Source: an uncultured Gammaproteobacteria bacterium
Lineage (GTDB): Bacteria; Patescibacteriota; Patescibacteriia; Patescibacteriales; UBA12465
Length of the DNA stretch: 64,000 nucleotides
Direction of reading: 5' to 3'
Assembly (NCBI GenBank): GCA_964470695.1
Contig: CAYYDR010000001.1
Span: 401,997 to 465,996 of the forward strand
Positions 26,888-37,260 of the stretch are shown here, one piece after another; position 1 is the first letter of the stretch; each line of letters starts with the position of its first letter. Both the position numbers and the translations under genes were made by a program. The notes beneath the pieces were generated by a model. The model was not told the DNA's origin. It saw only the letters and a list, made by a program, of their open reading frames with translations, and did no database searches.

Positions 26888-27457
26888 TTAATTTTTAACG
26901 AAATTTATTATTTGTATGAAGTTATTTACATCTTTTGCTAATCTTATATTATATCTTGTTGAATGGCGCGAATTTATTTTATAAATATTCGCATTAAATC
27001 CTAGATTTTTTATCATTTTTATAACATTTTCAGCTAACCCCGGTATGATTGTTACAAAATTAACCATTTTGTAACCACGGTCTTGATAGATTGAGCCATC
27101 AGTTTCCAATAATCCACGGAGACAGGAAATTGAATATTTTTTATTTCTCCTAATCCAACCAGGGACCGTGATATTCTGTTTATATTTTGGTCCGCCTTTA
27201 GCCTTCCACCCGAGCCAATTTTCCCACCTATTTGAATAGCAGCTGATATCACAAAATGTTTTAGCTCTTTTTATTATTGATACCTTATTCGTAGGCAATA
27301 ATTCTTGAATAGCTGAGAAAATTTTCTTTATGAGATTTTTATATTTTGTGTCGCAAGTTATCCGGAGTCTAGTTGCTCTACCATTGGGGTTAGAAAGATT
27401 ACCATCACCCAAGGCGACGCCGATTACATAAGCCAGGTTTTTCTTATCTTGAGACAT
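26888..27457 (-). CDS. LAGLIDADG-family homing endonuclease (two-motif, monomeric type)
   Basis: Motif 1 is 'LAYVIGVALGDGNLS' and motif 2 is 'LRGLLETDGSIY'. The start codon lies 10 nt downstream of the tRNA-Leu 3' end on the same strand. Confidence 0.75.
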   Translation of the reverse strand: MSQDKKNLAYVIGVALGDGNLSNPNGRATRLRITCDTKYKNLIKKIFSAIQELLPTNKVSIIKRAKTFCDISCYSNRWENWLGWKAKGGPKYKQNITVPGWIRRNKKYSISCLRGLLETDGSIYQDRGYKMVNFVTIIPGLAENVIKMIKNLGFNANIYKINSRHSTRYNIRLAKDVNNFIQIINFVKN

Positions 27458-27467
27458 ATGTATAGTG

Positions 27468-27551
27468 TGCCCGAGGTGGGATTCGAACCCACACGGCCGT
27501 TAAGCCGCACGATTTTGAGTCGTGTTCGTCTACCAGTTTCGACACTCGGGC
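27468..27551 (-). tRNA. tRNA-Leu(CAA), type II with a long variable arm
   Basis: The reverse complement GCCCGAG..CACGA-CTCAAAA-TCGTG..CGGCTTAACGGCCGT..GTGGG-TTCGAAT-CCCAC-CTCGGGC-A folds as a cloverleaf. CCA is not encoded. Confidence 0.92.
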
Positions 27552-27679
27552 GATAAAATAGTTGAAAAAGCGCCAGTAAATTACAAAAGTTAGTATAATA
27601 AATATATTCTTAATTGTCAAAGAATTTACTTTAATATATAATAAGAATATTGCTGTTTAGTTTTTCTCTATCTATACTT

Positions 27680-28450
27680 ATGGGCAAAATTATTGCCATT
27701 GTTAATCAGAAGGGTGGCGTTGGCAAAACAACGACGGCCGTTAATTTAGGTGCTTACCTAGCTTACTTGGGCAAGCAGGTGCTTTTAGTTGATATTGACC
27801 CTCAGGCTAATGGAACGTCTGGCCTGGGTTTAGACCATCGTAATTTAGAGGCTGGTATTTATGAAGCCTTAATCGGCCAGAAACCGATTAGAGAAATAAT
27901 AAAAAGAACGGTTCAATCCGGTCTCCAGGTTGCGCCGGCCACCATTTCTCTAGCCGGGGCAGGCGTAGAAATGGTTAGCCTTGATAATAGAGAATTTCGT
28001 TTAGCCAGTATCTTAGAGGAAGTTAAAAAAGATTTTGATTATATAATAATTGATGGTCCGCCTTCGCTCGGTCTTTTAACGGTTAATTCTTTAGTAGCGG
28101 CTGATGAGGTTCTCATTCCTATTCAGAGCGAATACTATGCCTTAGAGGGGCTGAGCCAGTTACTAGAAACCATCAGTCTAGTCCAGAATAATTTAAAACC
28201 GACTTTAGGAATAATGGGCGCCGTTATTACGATGTTTGACCGCCGCAATAAATTATCAGAGTCAGTCATGGGCGAATTATATCAGTATTTCCCCAATCGT
28301 ATTTTTCGCTCCGTTATACCGCGCAGCGTCCGCTTAGCGGAAGCGCCTAGTTATGGCCGGTCTATTTTGCATTATGATCCAAAGTCCAAGGGCGGCAAGG
28401 CTTATGAGGGTTTGGCTAAAGAAGTTTTGAGTTTAGAACATAAATATTAA
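27680..28450 (+). CDS. parA: Chromosome partitioning ATPase ParA/Soj
   Basis: Deviant Walker A 'NQKGGVGKTTT'. I prefer the ATG at 27680 (MGKIIAIVN) over the upstream TTG. Confidence 0.9.
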   Translation: MGKIIAIVNQKGGVGKTTTAVNLGAYLAYLGKQVLLVDIDPQANGTSGLGLDHRNLEAGIYEALIGQKPIREIIKRTVQSGLQVAPATISLAGAGVEMVSLDNREFRLASILEEVKKDFDYIIIDGPPSLGLLTVNSLVAADEVLIPIQSEYYALEGLSQLLETISLVQNNLKPTLGIMGAVITMFDRRNKLSESVMGELYQYFPNRIFRSVIPRSVRLAEAPSYGRSILHYDPKSKGGKAYEGLAKEVLSLEHKY

Positions 28451-28454
28451 ATAT

Positions 28455-29333
28455 ATGGCACAAGGCTTAGGCCGCGGACTCGGTTCGCTAATTCCTAAAA
28501 AAACCATGACTTACGGCCAGAATCCGTTTAAGGCGGAAGTGGCGGAAGAGGAAACGGTTATTCTTCATGATGGCGATAGGATACTGCGGATAAGTCCGGA
28601 TAAGATTAGTATTAATCCGCAGCAGCCACGGACCCATTTTTCCGAAACGGCTTTAAATGATCTAGCTGAGTCTATTCGTCAGCATGGTATTATCAGTCCG
28701 CTGATTGTTACTAAAAAAGACGATCATTTTGAGCTTATTGCCGGCGAACGTCGTCTGCGTAGCGCCAAGCTAGTCGGGCTTAAAGAAGTGCCGGTTATAG
28801 TGAGAGCGGAGCAAGAACAAAAGAAATTAGAAATTGCTTTAATTGAGAATCTACAGCGGGAAGATTTAAATCCTTTAGAAACGGCCGTCGCCTATAAGCG
28901 TTTAATGGATGAATTTAATATTACTCAGGAAGAGGCGGCCAAGAAAGTTGGCAAGGCCCGCTCCAGTGTCGCCAATGCTTTGCGCTTATTAACTTTGCCA
29001 GAAGAAATTCAAATTGCTTTAGCCGAGGGAAAAATTAGCGAAGCGCATGCTAAATATTTATTGGGTTTGGAGGGAAAAGAAAAGCAGTTGAACATGCTTA
29101 AGAAGATATTGCGCCAGAATTTAACCGTCGCTGAGACTGATAAGGAAATAAAACGTTTAGGAGGGACCAAGGCTGCTAAGCCGAAAGATTATTTTGATAG
29201 AGCCAAGGAAGAAGAGCTAGGAGAATTCTTTAGTACTAAAGTAGAATTAAAGCGGCAAGGGAAGGGCGGTAAGATTATTATTGATTTTTATAGCGAGGAA
29301 GAACTGAATGATATAATTAAGAAGATGAAGTAA
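28455..29333 (+). CDS. parB: Chromosome partitioning protein ParB/Spo0J
   Basis: 'NPQQPRTHF', 'LIAGERRLRSAK' and an HTH 'TQEEAAKKVGKARSSVANALRLL'. Confidence 0.9.
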   Translation: MAQGLGRGLGSLIPKKTMTYGQNPFKAEVAEEETVILHDGDRILRISPDKISINPQQPRTHFSETALNDLAESIRQHGIISPLIVTKKDDHFELIAGERRLRSAKLVGLKEVPVIVRAEQEQKKLEIALIENLQREDLNPLETAVAYKRLMDEFNITQEEAAKKVGKARSSVANALRLLTLPEEIQIALAEGKISEAHAKYLLGLEGKEKQLNMLKKILRQNLTVAETDKEIKRLGGTKAAKPKDYFDRAKEEELGEFFSTKVELKRQGKGGKIIIDFYSEEELNDIIKKMK

Positions 29334-29358
29334 TAGTGAACAATTATTATGAAATATA

Positions 29359-29386
29359 AACGGCTTACTAATATAAGCCGTTTTTT
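29359..29386 (+). terminator. Intrinsic terminator
   Basis: Stem AACGGCTTA/TAAGCCGTT followed by T6. Confidence 0.7.
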
Positions 29387-29432
29387 ATAAAAAAGGCTGG
29401 CGATTAAGCCAACCTTACGGAATTAATTTTTG

Positions 29433-29849
29433 TCATGGTTTATTACCATTTTCATCAGCAAAAAAATCTTCGCCAATTTCATTTAATATGCATCTGGCAA
29501 TACCCTTAATTTTATAGCCTTTGTATGAACCGACGTATAATCTACCTACTTTTTTAAAATTATATTTTATTATTTTTTCGGAATTATCGTATTTTTTGTC
29601 AAATGATAATTTTTGGTCCGATATCCGAATATTGCTAATAGTAGATGGTCCAAAATAGTCAGATAGGCTTCCCCCGTATTGTGTTTCATTGCCAATAACA
29701 GGAGCTATTACTCCACTAAAAAGGGAATAATATTTACCATCTCTCATTACCACAACCGCTCCTTCTGCCGGTTTGTATGCTATGTCAGGGGCAGTAGATT
29801 CATAAAAAAATATTCCTTGGATTAAAAAAAGTTTTTTGTTAATGTTCAT
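29433..29849 (-). CDS. Hypothetical protein
   Basis: I prefer the ATG at 29849, which is preceded by AAGGTGGAG. No motif recognised. Confidence 0.4.
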   Translation of the reverse strand: MNINKKLFLIQGIFFYESTAPDIAYKPAEGAVVVMRDGKYYSLFSGVIAPVIGNETQYGGSLSDYFGPSTISNIRISDQKLSFDKKYDNSEKIIKYNFKKVGRLYVGSYKGYKIKGIARCILNEIGEDFFADENGNKP

Positions 29850-30007
29850 GTCTCCACCTTTTATAATTGTTGCTAATATATTAGTGATTAATTGCAAGAT
29901 AGTCAAGTTTGCTTTCCTCAACTTCTTATACTAAAATGATAAAGTAAAATATAAATTTACCCCTTATTTTGATAAGAAAGATTTAAGCTAATATAAGACC
30001 ATAACTC

Positions 30008-33000
30008 ATGTCTTTTGTCCATCTCCATAACCATAGCCATTATTCTTTGCTTGACGGCCTAACTAAGCTGGATGAGATGGTTAATTTTGCCAAAGAGCAG
30101 GGATCACCAGCCGTGGCCTTAACTGACCATGGGACTATGTATGGCGTGATTGAGTTCTATCAGAAGGCTAAAAAAGCCGGTGTTAAGCCTATTATTGGGG
30201 TTGAGACATATTTAGCCCCTAATTCTCGTTTTGATAAAAATACGCGCGAAGACGGCCGCAGTTATCATCTCTTGCTACTAGCTAAGAATAATACTGGCTA
30301 TCGCAACCTAATTAAACTAGTTTCTTCTGCCCATTTAGAGGGTTTTTATTATAAACCAAGAATTGATTGGGAGCTTTTAAAAAAACATCACGAGGGCGTT
30401 ATTGCGTGTAGCGCCTGCTTAGGGGGTGAAATACCGCGTCTAATTTCCGCTGACAAACTTATTGAGGCCGAGAAAAGGATCAAAGAATATAGCGAGTTAT
30501 TCGGGCCTGATAATTTTTACTTAGAGATACAAGACCATCCCGAGCTCCCTGGTCAGGAAAAGGTTAACGCCCAGCTTATTAAATTTTCTAAAGAATTAAA
30601 TATTCCTTTAGTCGCCACTAATGATTCTCATTATTTAAAGAAAGAAGACGCTGAAGCTCAGGATATTTTACTCTGTCTGCAAAATAAGAAAAAAATTAGC
30701 GACCAAGACCGGATGAAAATGATTGGCTTCGGTGACTATTCCATGCGGCCTAATTTTGAAATGATTGCCGCTTTTAAAGAGACGCCTGAAGCGATTGCTA
30801 ATACCCTGAAAATTGCCGAGATGTGTAATGTAGAAATTGAGCTCGGTAATACGCAGTTGCCGCATTTTGAAGTGCCAGCTGGTTATGATGGAAATTCTTA
30901 TCTTAAAGAGTGGTGTGAAAAAGGTATTGCTAAGCGTTTCCCAGATATTACTCCTGATGATGAGGTAAAGATTAAAGAGCGTTTAGATTATGAGTTGGCA
31001 GTTATCGCTAAGATGGGCTGGCCTTCTTATTTCTTAATCGTCGCTGATTTTATCAATTGGGCCAAGGATAACAAGATTGTAGTCGGGCCGGGCCGCGGTA
31101 GCGCCGCCGGCTCCTTAGTTTGTTATTTAACCGGCATTACTAATTTAGATCCGCTTAAATATGAATTACTATTTGAGCGTTTTTTGAACCCAGAGCGCAT
31201 CTCTATGCCTGATATTGATATGGACTTTGCCGATGTCCGCCGAGGCGAGGTGCTTAACTATGTCGGCGACAAATACGGCCATGACCATGTCGCGCAGATT
31301 ATTACTTTCGGGACTATGGCGGCGCGGGCGGCAGTGCGTGATGTCGGCCGGGTGCTGGATGAGCCTTATGATTATTGTGATAAAATTTCCAAGAGCATCC
31401 CGATGTTTATGAAATTAGATGAGGCTCTTAAGACTGTTCCGGAAATAAAAGAGATGTATAATAACGAGCCAGCCGCTAAGCGGATTCTGGACTATGCTAA
31501 GCGTTTAGAGGGCGTTGCCCGCCATGCCTCAACCCATGCCTGCGGCGTTCTTATTACTAAAGATCCTCTGACTGAATACGTGCCAATTCAATATGCTTCG
31601 TCTTCTGACCGCAGCATCATCTCTCAATATTCTTTGCACCCGATTGAAGATTTGGGCTTATTAAAGATGGACTTTTTAGGCCTTAAAAACCTGACTATTA
31701 TTGAGTCGGCTCTTAAGATTATTAAAAATACCCGCGGCCTAGAAATTGATATTGATGAAATTCCCTTAGACGATGCTAAGGCCTATAAGTTGTTCCAAGA
31801 CGGTGAAACAACTGGCGTTTTTCAGTTTGAATCCTCGGGCATGAAACGCTATTTACGCGAACTCAAGCCGACCGTCTTTGAGGATATTATCGCCATGGTC
31901 GCCTTGTATCGTCCCGGACCGATGGAGTGGATTCCTGATTATATTGCCGGCAAGCATCAAAAGAAAAAAGTTGTTTATCTCCATCCTAAGCTTGCGCCAA
32001 TCCTGGAAAAAACTTACGGCGTGGCTATTTATCAGGAACAGGTTATGCAGATTGCTCGTGACCTAGCTGGTTTTACTATGGGCCAGGCCGATGTTTTGCG
32101 CAAAGCCATGGGTAAGAAAATAGCTTCGCTTTTAGCTGAACAGAAAGAGAAGTTTGTGGAAGGGTGCGTTAAGAATGGTGTTTATAAAGAATTGGGCGAG
32201 AAGGTCTTTTCTTTCATTGAGCCTTTTGCGGGGTATGGTTTTAATCGCAGTCATGCTGCCTGTTACGCTATGATTGGCTATCAGACTGCTTATTTAAAAG
32301 CACATTGGCCGGTAGAATTTATGGCCGCTCTTTTAACATCTGACCAGGGTGATACCGATCGCGTCGCAATTGAGATTGAAGAATGCCGGAATATGGGCAT
32401 TAAAATTATGGCGCCGGATGTTAATGAGTCTTTTGGGACTTTTACGGTAGTGACGGCCGGGACTAAGACTAATACCGTTGTTGATAAGAATGCGGTGATT
32501 GATACTATCCGGTTTGGATTAAAAGCCATTAAAAATGTCGGCGAGCATATTGTTGAAGAAATTATCAGAGAGAGAAAAGAGAATGGTCCTTACCAGGATA
32601 TTTTTGATTTATTGGAGAGAATTACGGATAAGGACTTAAATAAAAAGTCATTAGAGAGTCTAATAAAGAGCGGAGCCTTGGATAATTACGGGGAACGCGG
32701 TGAGCTGCTGTCTAATATGGATAGGCTTTTGAGTTTTAATAAGGAACTGGCGAAAAATAAAGATAATAAACAAGATAGTCTTTTTTCGGATTTGCCTTCC
32801 GCCGGTCTTAGCCGTTTAAGCCTTATCCCATCCGCGCCAGCGGAGCAGAATGAGAAATTAATTTGGGAGAAAGAACTCTTAGGTCTCTATGTTAGCGAAC
32901 ATCCTTATAACGCCTTCCGGCCTTATTTAGTTAATTATGCTATACCGCTCATAGAACTTAATCGGCATAAAGGAGATGACCGCGTGATTGTTGCCGGAGT

Positions 33001-33613
33001 AATATCAACTATTAAAAAGATTATTACTCGTAAAGGAGAATCAATGTTATTTGTTAAGCTAGAGGACGCTACTAATACCGTAGAATTATTGATTTTTCCG
33101 CGCCTCTTAAAAGAAACAGTTAATCTCTGGGTGCCGGGACAGGCGGTAATTACCGATGCTAAAGTTTCCGAAAAAGATCAGGAAGTAAAAATTTTAGTGA
33201 ACCGCGCTATGCCGCTAGATCCGTTAGCCGCCCAGAAGTCAGTTGATGCTTTTAAGAAAGTTTTATTAGAAGCGGGGCCGGTTAAGCCTAGCTATCGCAA
33301 TAACTCTTGGTCTAATGGTGTTAATAAAAGCTCTAATTCGGCCTCAGTTAAAAAAGAAGCTAACTCCTTGCCAATACCATCAAGCATTAAAAGGCCGCTT
33401 CGCTTAATATTTTTAGATGGTTTTCCGGCCACCGGTCTAGAACAGCTGCAACAGGCCTTTTCTTCATACCCTGGGAGCGATGAAGTATATTTCCGTTTGC
33501 AAGAAAGTGGCCAGGACAAAGTTATTAAAACTGGTTTTAGAATTAATAATAATCAAAATTTACAGAGTGAACTGAAGCGGGTGTTTAAGACAACGATTAA
33601 GATAGCAGAGTGA
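30008..33613 (+). CDS. dnaE: DNA polymerase III alpha subunit DnaE
   Basis: PHP domain 'FVHLHNHSHYSLLDG', palm 'PDIDMDF', plus 'GLLKMDFLGL' and the OB region. 1201 aa. Confidence 0.95.
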   Translation: MSFVHLHNHSHYSLLDGLTKLDEMVNFAKEQGSPAVALTDHGTMYGVIEFYQKAKKAGVKPIIGVETYLAPNSRFDKNTREDGRSYHLLLLAKNNTGYRNLIKLVSSAHLEGFYYKPRIDWELLKKHHEGVIACSACLGGEIPRLISADKLIEAEKRIKEYSELFGPDNFYLEIQDHPELPGQEKVNAQLIKFSKELNIPLVATNDSHYLKKEDAEAQDILLCLQNKKKISDQDRMKMIGFGDYSMRPNFEMIAAFKETPEAIANTLKIAEMCNVEIELGNTQLPHFEVPAGYDGNSYLKEWCEKGIAKRFPDITPDDEVKIKERLDYELAVIAKMGWPSYFLIVADFINWAKDNKIVVGPGRGSAAGSLVCYLTGITNLDPLKYELLFERFLNPERISMPDIDMDFADVRRGEVLNYVGDKYGHDHVAQIITFGTMAARAAVRDVGRVLDEPYDYCDKISKSIPMFMKLDEALKTVPEIKEMYNNEPAAKRILDYAKRLEGVARHASTHACGVLITKDPLTEYVPIQYASSSDRSIISQYSLHPIEDLGLLKMDFLGLKNLTIIESALKIIKNTRGLEIDIDEIPLDDAKAYKLFQDGETTGVFQFESSGMKRYLRELKPTVFEDIIAMVALYRPGPMEWIPDYIAGKHQKKKVVYLHPKLAPILEKTYGVAIYQEQVMQIARDLAGFTMGQADVLRKAMGKKIASLLAEQKEKFVEGCVKNGVYKELGEKVFSFIEPFAGYGFNRSHAACYAMIGYQTAYLKAHWPVEFMAALLTSDQGDTDRVAIEIEECRNMGIKIMAPDVNESFGTFTVVTAGTKTNTVVDKNAVIDTIRFGLKAIKNVGEHIVEEIIRERKENGPYQDIFDLLERITDKDLNKKSLESLIKSGALDNYGERGELLSNMDRLLSFNKELAKNKDNKQDSLFSDLPSAGLSRLSLIPSAPAEQNEKLIWEKELLGLYVSEHPYNAFRPYLVNYAIPLIELNRHKGDDRVIVAGVISTIKKIITRKGESMLFVKLEDATNTVELLIFPRLLKETVNLWVPGQAVITDAKVSEKDQEVKILVNRAMPLDPLAAQKSVDAFKKVLLEAGPVKPSYRNNSWSNGVNKSSNSASVKKEANSLPIPSSIKRPLRLIFLDGFPATGLEQLQQAFSSYPGSDEVYFRLQESGQDKVIKTGFRINNNQNLQSELKRVFKTTIKIAE

Positions 33614-33728
33614 GTTTAAGAGCTGGTTAATAAATTGTCGGGATTTTAAAATTCTGTTATAATAAAGTCAGCTTAATAAGCGACTTTATTTTTTTTATTT
33701 CTATCTTTGATTAAAATTTTTGTGTCCT

Positions 33729-35228
33729 ATGCCTAGAACTAAATCGGCCACTTCGGTTAGCGCGGTAAAACGCCCGCGAAGTGAAAAAAAGACAGCGATT
33801 AGAACCCTTCATCCTAAAAAGAAAGTTAAATCTGTTTTGGTTGACGTTATTGAGGATGAAGATATTGATTCTTCGGCTGTTTGGCCTGAAGCGGTTGCAA
33901 ACGAATCAGAACCGCTAGAAGAAACTATTTCAGCGCCAAAATTTGACCGTTCTGAGATTATTGAAGATATTGATAAGCAGAAAAAGTTTTTTTCGGACAT
34001 GGTAACTGAGATAAAATCTCGTAGCGGTAGCAGTGAAATAAAGAAAGACGTTAAAGATAATAGCGAATCATCTAAGAGAAGCGTAATTTTATATCGCCGT
34101 TTAGTAATTAAATTTTTAGTTTTAGTCGGACTCCTAGCTTTAGTGGTAGCCTATTTCTCGTTTTCTAAATTGACGGTTACAATTAGCCTGAAAGGCGAAC
34201 CTTTAAATGATAATGTTCTCTTAAAAGTATCGGATAATTCTTGGCCGTCAAATGCGGCGACTTCAACCGATTTATCTAGCCAGACTGATCCGCGCCAAGA
34301 TATTGCCGGCCAGATTAAGGAAATAAATTCTAATGTTGAAAAAATCTATCAGGCTAGCGGAGAAACTTATTTAGGAGAGGACGTTAGCGGGCAGGTTAGG
34401 ATTATTAATAACTATAACAAGAGTCAGGCTTTAGTCGCAACGACCAGAATACTTAGTCCTGATAATAAATTATTTCGTCTAAAAAATGCCGTAACTGTGC
34501 CGGCGGGCGGAGAAGTACTAGTTGATATCTATACGGAAAAACCCTCTGAAGAAATGGCGGTCGGCCCAACTAAGTTTACTATTCCCGGCCTTTGGCTTGG
34601 TTTACAGGACAAGATATACGCTCAGAACGATAAAGCCTTTACCTTTAATAAAAAAGTTAAGCGTTACGTAAACTCTAACGACTTAGAAAGAGCTACTCAG
34701 GATATCAGCGATACCTTGGCTAAAGCCGCTAAAGCGGACGCCGGAGCGGGGTTAACGGCTAATAATTGGCTGTATTATACGCCAGAAGCGCCCGTGATTA
34801 CGATTAGTGCTAAGGTCGGTGATCAGGTGGGAGAATTTACGGCTAAGGCTACCGGCAAGCTGGTAGCAGTTTCTTTCTCTAAAGATCAAGCCGCCCAAAT
34901 AGCAATGGCTAAACTTAATTTAATTATTCCCGATGATAAAGAGCTAGCGGAATTTAAGCCTGATAATATCGCCTATACTCTAGAAAGCTATGATTCATCT
35001 TCTCATACAGCGACCGTTAAATCTTCTTTTAGTGGTACCATGGTTTTAAAGAGCGACGCTACGGTTGTTAATCCGGCCCAGCTAGTTAATTTGACTGATA
35101 TCCAGATTGGCGCCTATTTAAAGGATCAGCCGGAAATAAAGGATTATAAATTATCGTTCTCGCCTAGTTTTATTAAAAAAGCCCCGAGCTTAGTAGATAG
35201 AATAAAAATTAAAATCAGTAAGGATTAA
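33729..35228 (+). CDS. Hypothetical membrane-anchored protein
   Basis: One TM helix (FLVLVGLLALVVAYFSF) and a large extracytoplasmic domain. I prefer the ATG at 33729. Confidence 0.4.
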   Translation: MPRTKSATSVSAVKRPRSEKKTAIRTLHPKKKVKSVLVDVIEDEDIDSSAVWPEAVANESEPLEETISAPKFDRSEIIEDIDKQKKFFSDMVTEIKSRSGSSEIKKDVKDNSESSKRSVILYRRLVIKFLVLVGLLALVVAYFSFSKLTVTISLKGEPLNDNVLLKVSDNSWPSNAATSTDLSSQTDPRQDIAGQIKEINSNVEKIYQASGETYLGEDVSGQVRIINNYNKSQALVATTRILSPDNKLFRLKNAVTVPAGGEVLVDIYTEKPSEEMAVGPTKFTIPGLWLGLQDKIYAQNDKAFTFNKKVKRYVNSNDLERATQDISDTLAKAAKADAGAGLTANNWLYYTPEAPVITISAKVGDQVGEFTAKATGKLVAVSFSKDQAAQIAMAKLNLIIPDDKELAEFKPDNIAYTLESYDSSSHTATVKSSFSGTMVLKSDATVVNPAQLVNLTDIQIGAYLKDQPEIKDYKLSFSPSFIKKAPSLVDRIKIKISKD

Positions 35229-35261
35229 AAATAAAAAATAGTAAAATAGTTAAATAGTTAA

Positions 35262-35289
35262 AATAAGACCCGATTAGTCGGGTCTTATT
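35262..35289. terminator. Bidirectional intrinsic terminator
   Basis: A 12-bp stem AATAAGACCCGA/TCGGGTCTTATT between convergent genes. Confidence 0.7.
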
Positions 35290-35338
35290 ATTTTAATAAT
35301 TTATTTTGTGATACCAATCTTTAACTTCAGGCCTTAGG

Positions 35339-36289
35339 TTAAAATATCCCTAAGAAACGACTATTCTTAGTTGGGGTTGTTTTTGTTTTATTATAAATCA
35401 GGTTTGCCTCTTTAGCCGTTGCTCCTTTCCAAATCATAGCGCCTAAGGCAGATGCTAAGCGGCTAGCCTCCTCTAATGATCGCTGATGTAAATTGCGGCC
35501 AATAGCCATTCCGCTAGTACCGGAAATTTTTATTTGCCGGCCTAGCTGTTCCAGTAATTCTCTTGCGGGCATTTTTCCGCTCCCTACGCAAATAACTTTT
35601 GTGAGTCCGGCGGCGCCAGTTACTTCGCGGAAATTTTCTGCTGCTAACTTTTTATCTTTTAATTTATAAGGATATTTAACTTTGACAAAGTCTGCTCCGA
35701 GCGAGGCCGCTACTCCTGACCCGCCGGCAATGGTATGGATATCTTCTTCTTTGATATTTTTACCGCGCGGATAAACCCAGAGGATAGCCACTAAACCGGC
35801 CTGATGGGCCTGGAAGATGGCTTGAGCGACAGTGGCTAGCATTTCTGCCTCATAAGCGCCACCTAAATATAAAGTATAGCCGATGCCGCCAATTTTTAGG
35901 CCGCTTTGTTTTTTGAACTTAATAATATCATCAACTGTCCACCAAAGACGGCTAGAGTTTTTGTCATCATTTAAGCCGAGATTAGTTTTTCCGTTAAGCT
36001 TAACAATATAGGGAATTTGGCGATATTTATGGCCATAGCTGGAAATAAGGCCTAAGTGAGTAGCAAGAGCCCCGCCTTGAGAAGCGGCGGCTATTTTAAA
36101 TAAATGTTCGGGATTATTGTCTTCCGGACTTATGCCTGATCCAAAAAAATCAGTATTAAGATGTTCAATTTTTTGATCGCCAGCAATCAGCAAAAGCCGG
36201 CCGCTATTATTAGTTAGGTTTGAGTAATTACGATGATATTCACTGCGCTTAGCCGCTGGCACGCTTGCCGGTATCTTGATGTTAGTCAT
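35339..36289 (-). CDS. Class I aldolase of the DhnA/FbaB family (fructose-bisphosphate aldolase-like)
   Basis: 'GADFVKVKYP' carries the Schiff-base Lys context. TIM-barrel-like pattern and typical size. Confidence 0.6.
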   Translation of the reverse strand: MTNIKIPASVPAAKRSEYHRNYSNLTNNSGRLLLIAGDQKIEHLNTDFFGSGISPEDNNPEHLFKIAAASQGGALATHLGLISSYGHKYRQIPYIVKLNGKTNLGLNDDKNSSRLWWTVDDIIKFKKQSGLKIGGIGYTLYLGGAYEAEMLATVAQAIFQAHQAGLVAILWVYPRGKNIKEEDIHTIAGGSGVAASLGADFVKVKYPYKLKDKKLAAENFREVTGAAGLTKVICVGSGKMPARELLEQLGRQIKISGTSGMAIGRNLHQRSLEEASRLASALGAMIWKGATAKEANLIYNKTKTTPTKNSRFLGIF

Positions 36290-36354
36290 ATGTCTTAAAA
36301 AATTTATTGATTCATGCTAATATATAAAGCATATAGAGCTATTATATCATAAAT

Positions 36355-37257
36355 ATGCCAAAAGATGAAAATCTAAATCAAGATATTGATTTAAAAAAGT
36401 ATGATGACCCGACCGGTGTCAGCTTACGGGAAATGAACATCGGCTTGTGGCTGTCCGAAAATCACCAGAAATTAATGAAAATTCTGACGATTTTTTTAAT
36501 TAGCATTTCCGCTTTTTTCTTTATATTTTCTTCTTATAATTATGTTATATATTTTTTATCCAGCGATCCTGGCGCTCAGTTAGTTGATGATAATTTGCCG
36601 ACCTCGCCCCGCCAAATCGCCGAGAATATAGAAATATCGCCGGTTCAGACTTTAGCTAGCGGCGAGCGCTATGATTTAGCGGTTAAATTAAAGAATCCTA
36701 ATGATAAATTTATTACTACTTTCCGTTATTGTTTTTCCCGAGCGGGCCAGGATATTTCTTGCGGCTCCTCTTTCTTGTTACCTAGCGACGAGAAATATAT
36801 TTTAGCTTTAGGACAGGATTTATCCTCCGGCTCGGAAGGAATAACGTTTAGTGCCTCTGATATATTTTGGCAGCGAATTGACGCGCATAAAGTGCCTAAT
36901 TGGGCGGATTATTCTGCCTTAAGGCTTAATCTGCCGGTCTCTGATTTAGACTTCGCCTCAGGGGATAATAGCGGCTTATCTGATAAGCTTAGTTTAAGCA
37001 GCTTAGGATTCTCAATTAAAAATAAGACTCCTTATGGCTACTATGAGGCGCCTTTAAATATTTTGCTTTTTAGCGGTTCAGAGTTAGTCGGAGTCAATCG
37101 TTATATTGTCCAAGATTTTTTGCCTGGCGATAGCCGGGAAGTTAAGATAAGCTGGGCGGCTAATTTACCTTCAGTTAATAGAACTGAGGTCAAGCCGGAT
37201 ATTAATATTTTAGAAGACGCGGTCTATCTGAAATATCGCGGCGAAGCGTCTAATTAG
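36355..37257 (+). CDS. Hypothetical single-pass membrane protein
   Basis: ORF with one TM helix. No motif recognised. Confidence 0.4.
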   Translation: MPKDENLNQDIDLKKYDDPTGVSLREMNIGLWLSENHQKLMKILTIFLISISAFFFIFSSYNYVIYFLSSDPGAQLVDDNLPTSPRQIAENIEISPVQTLASGERYDLAVKLKNPNDKFITTFRYCFSRAGQDISCGSSFLLPSDEKYILALGQDLSSGSEGITFSASDIFWQRIDAHKVPNWADYSALRLNLPVSDLDFASGDNSGLSDKLSLSSLGFSIKNKTPYGYYEAPLNILLFSGSELVGVNRYIVQDFLPGDSREVKISWAANLPSVNRTEVKPDINILEDAVYLKYRGEASN

Positions 37258-37260
37258 CCT

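Noticed and set aside
29334-30007. A possible replication origin near parAB/dnaE; the AT-rich spacer at 7666-8202 was considered as well.
   Set aside because: There are no clusters of DnaA-box-like 9-mers. The only near-match (ATATCCACA) is a single site at about 15097 upstream of lexA. No dnaA or dnaN gene is in the window.
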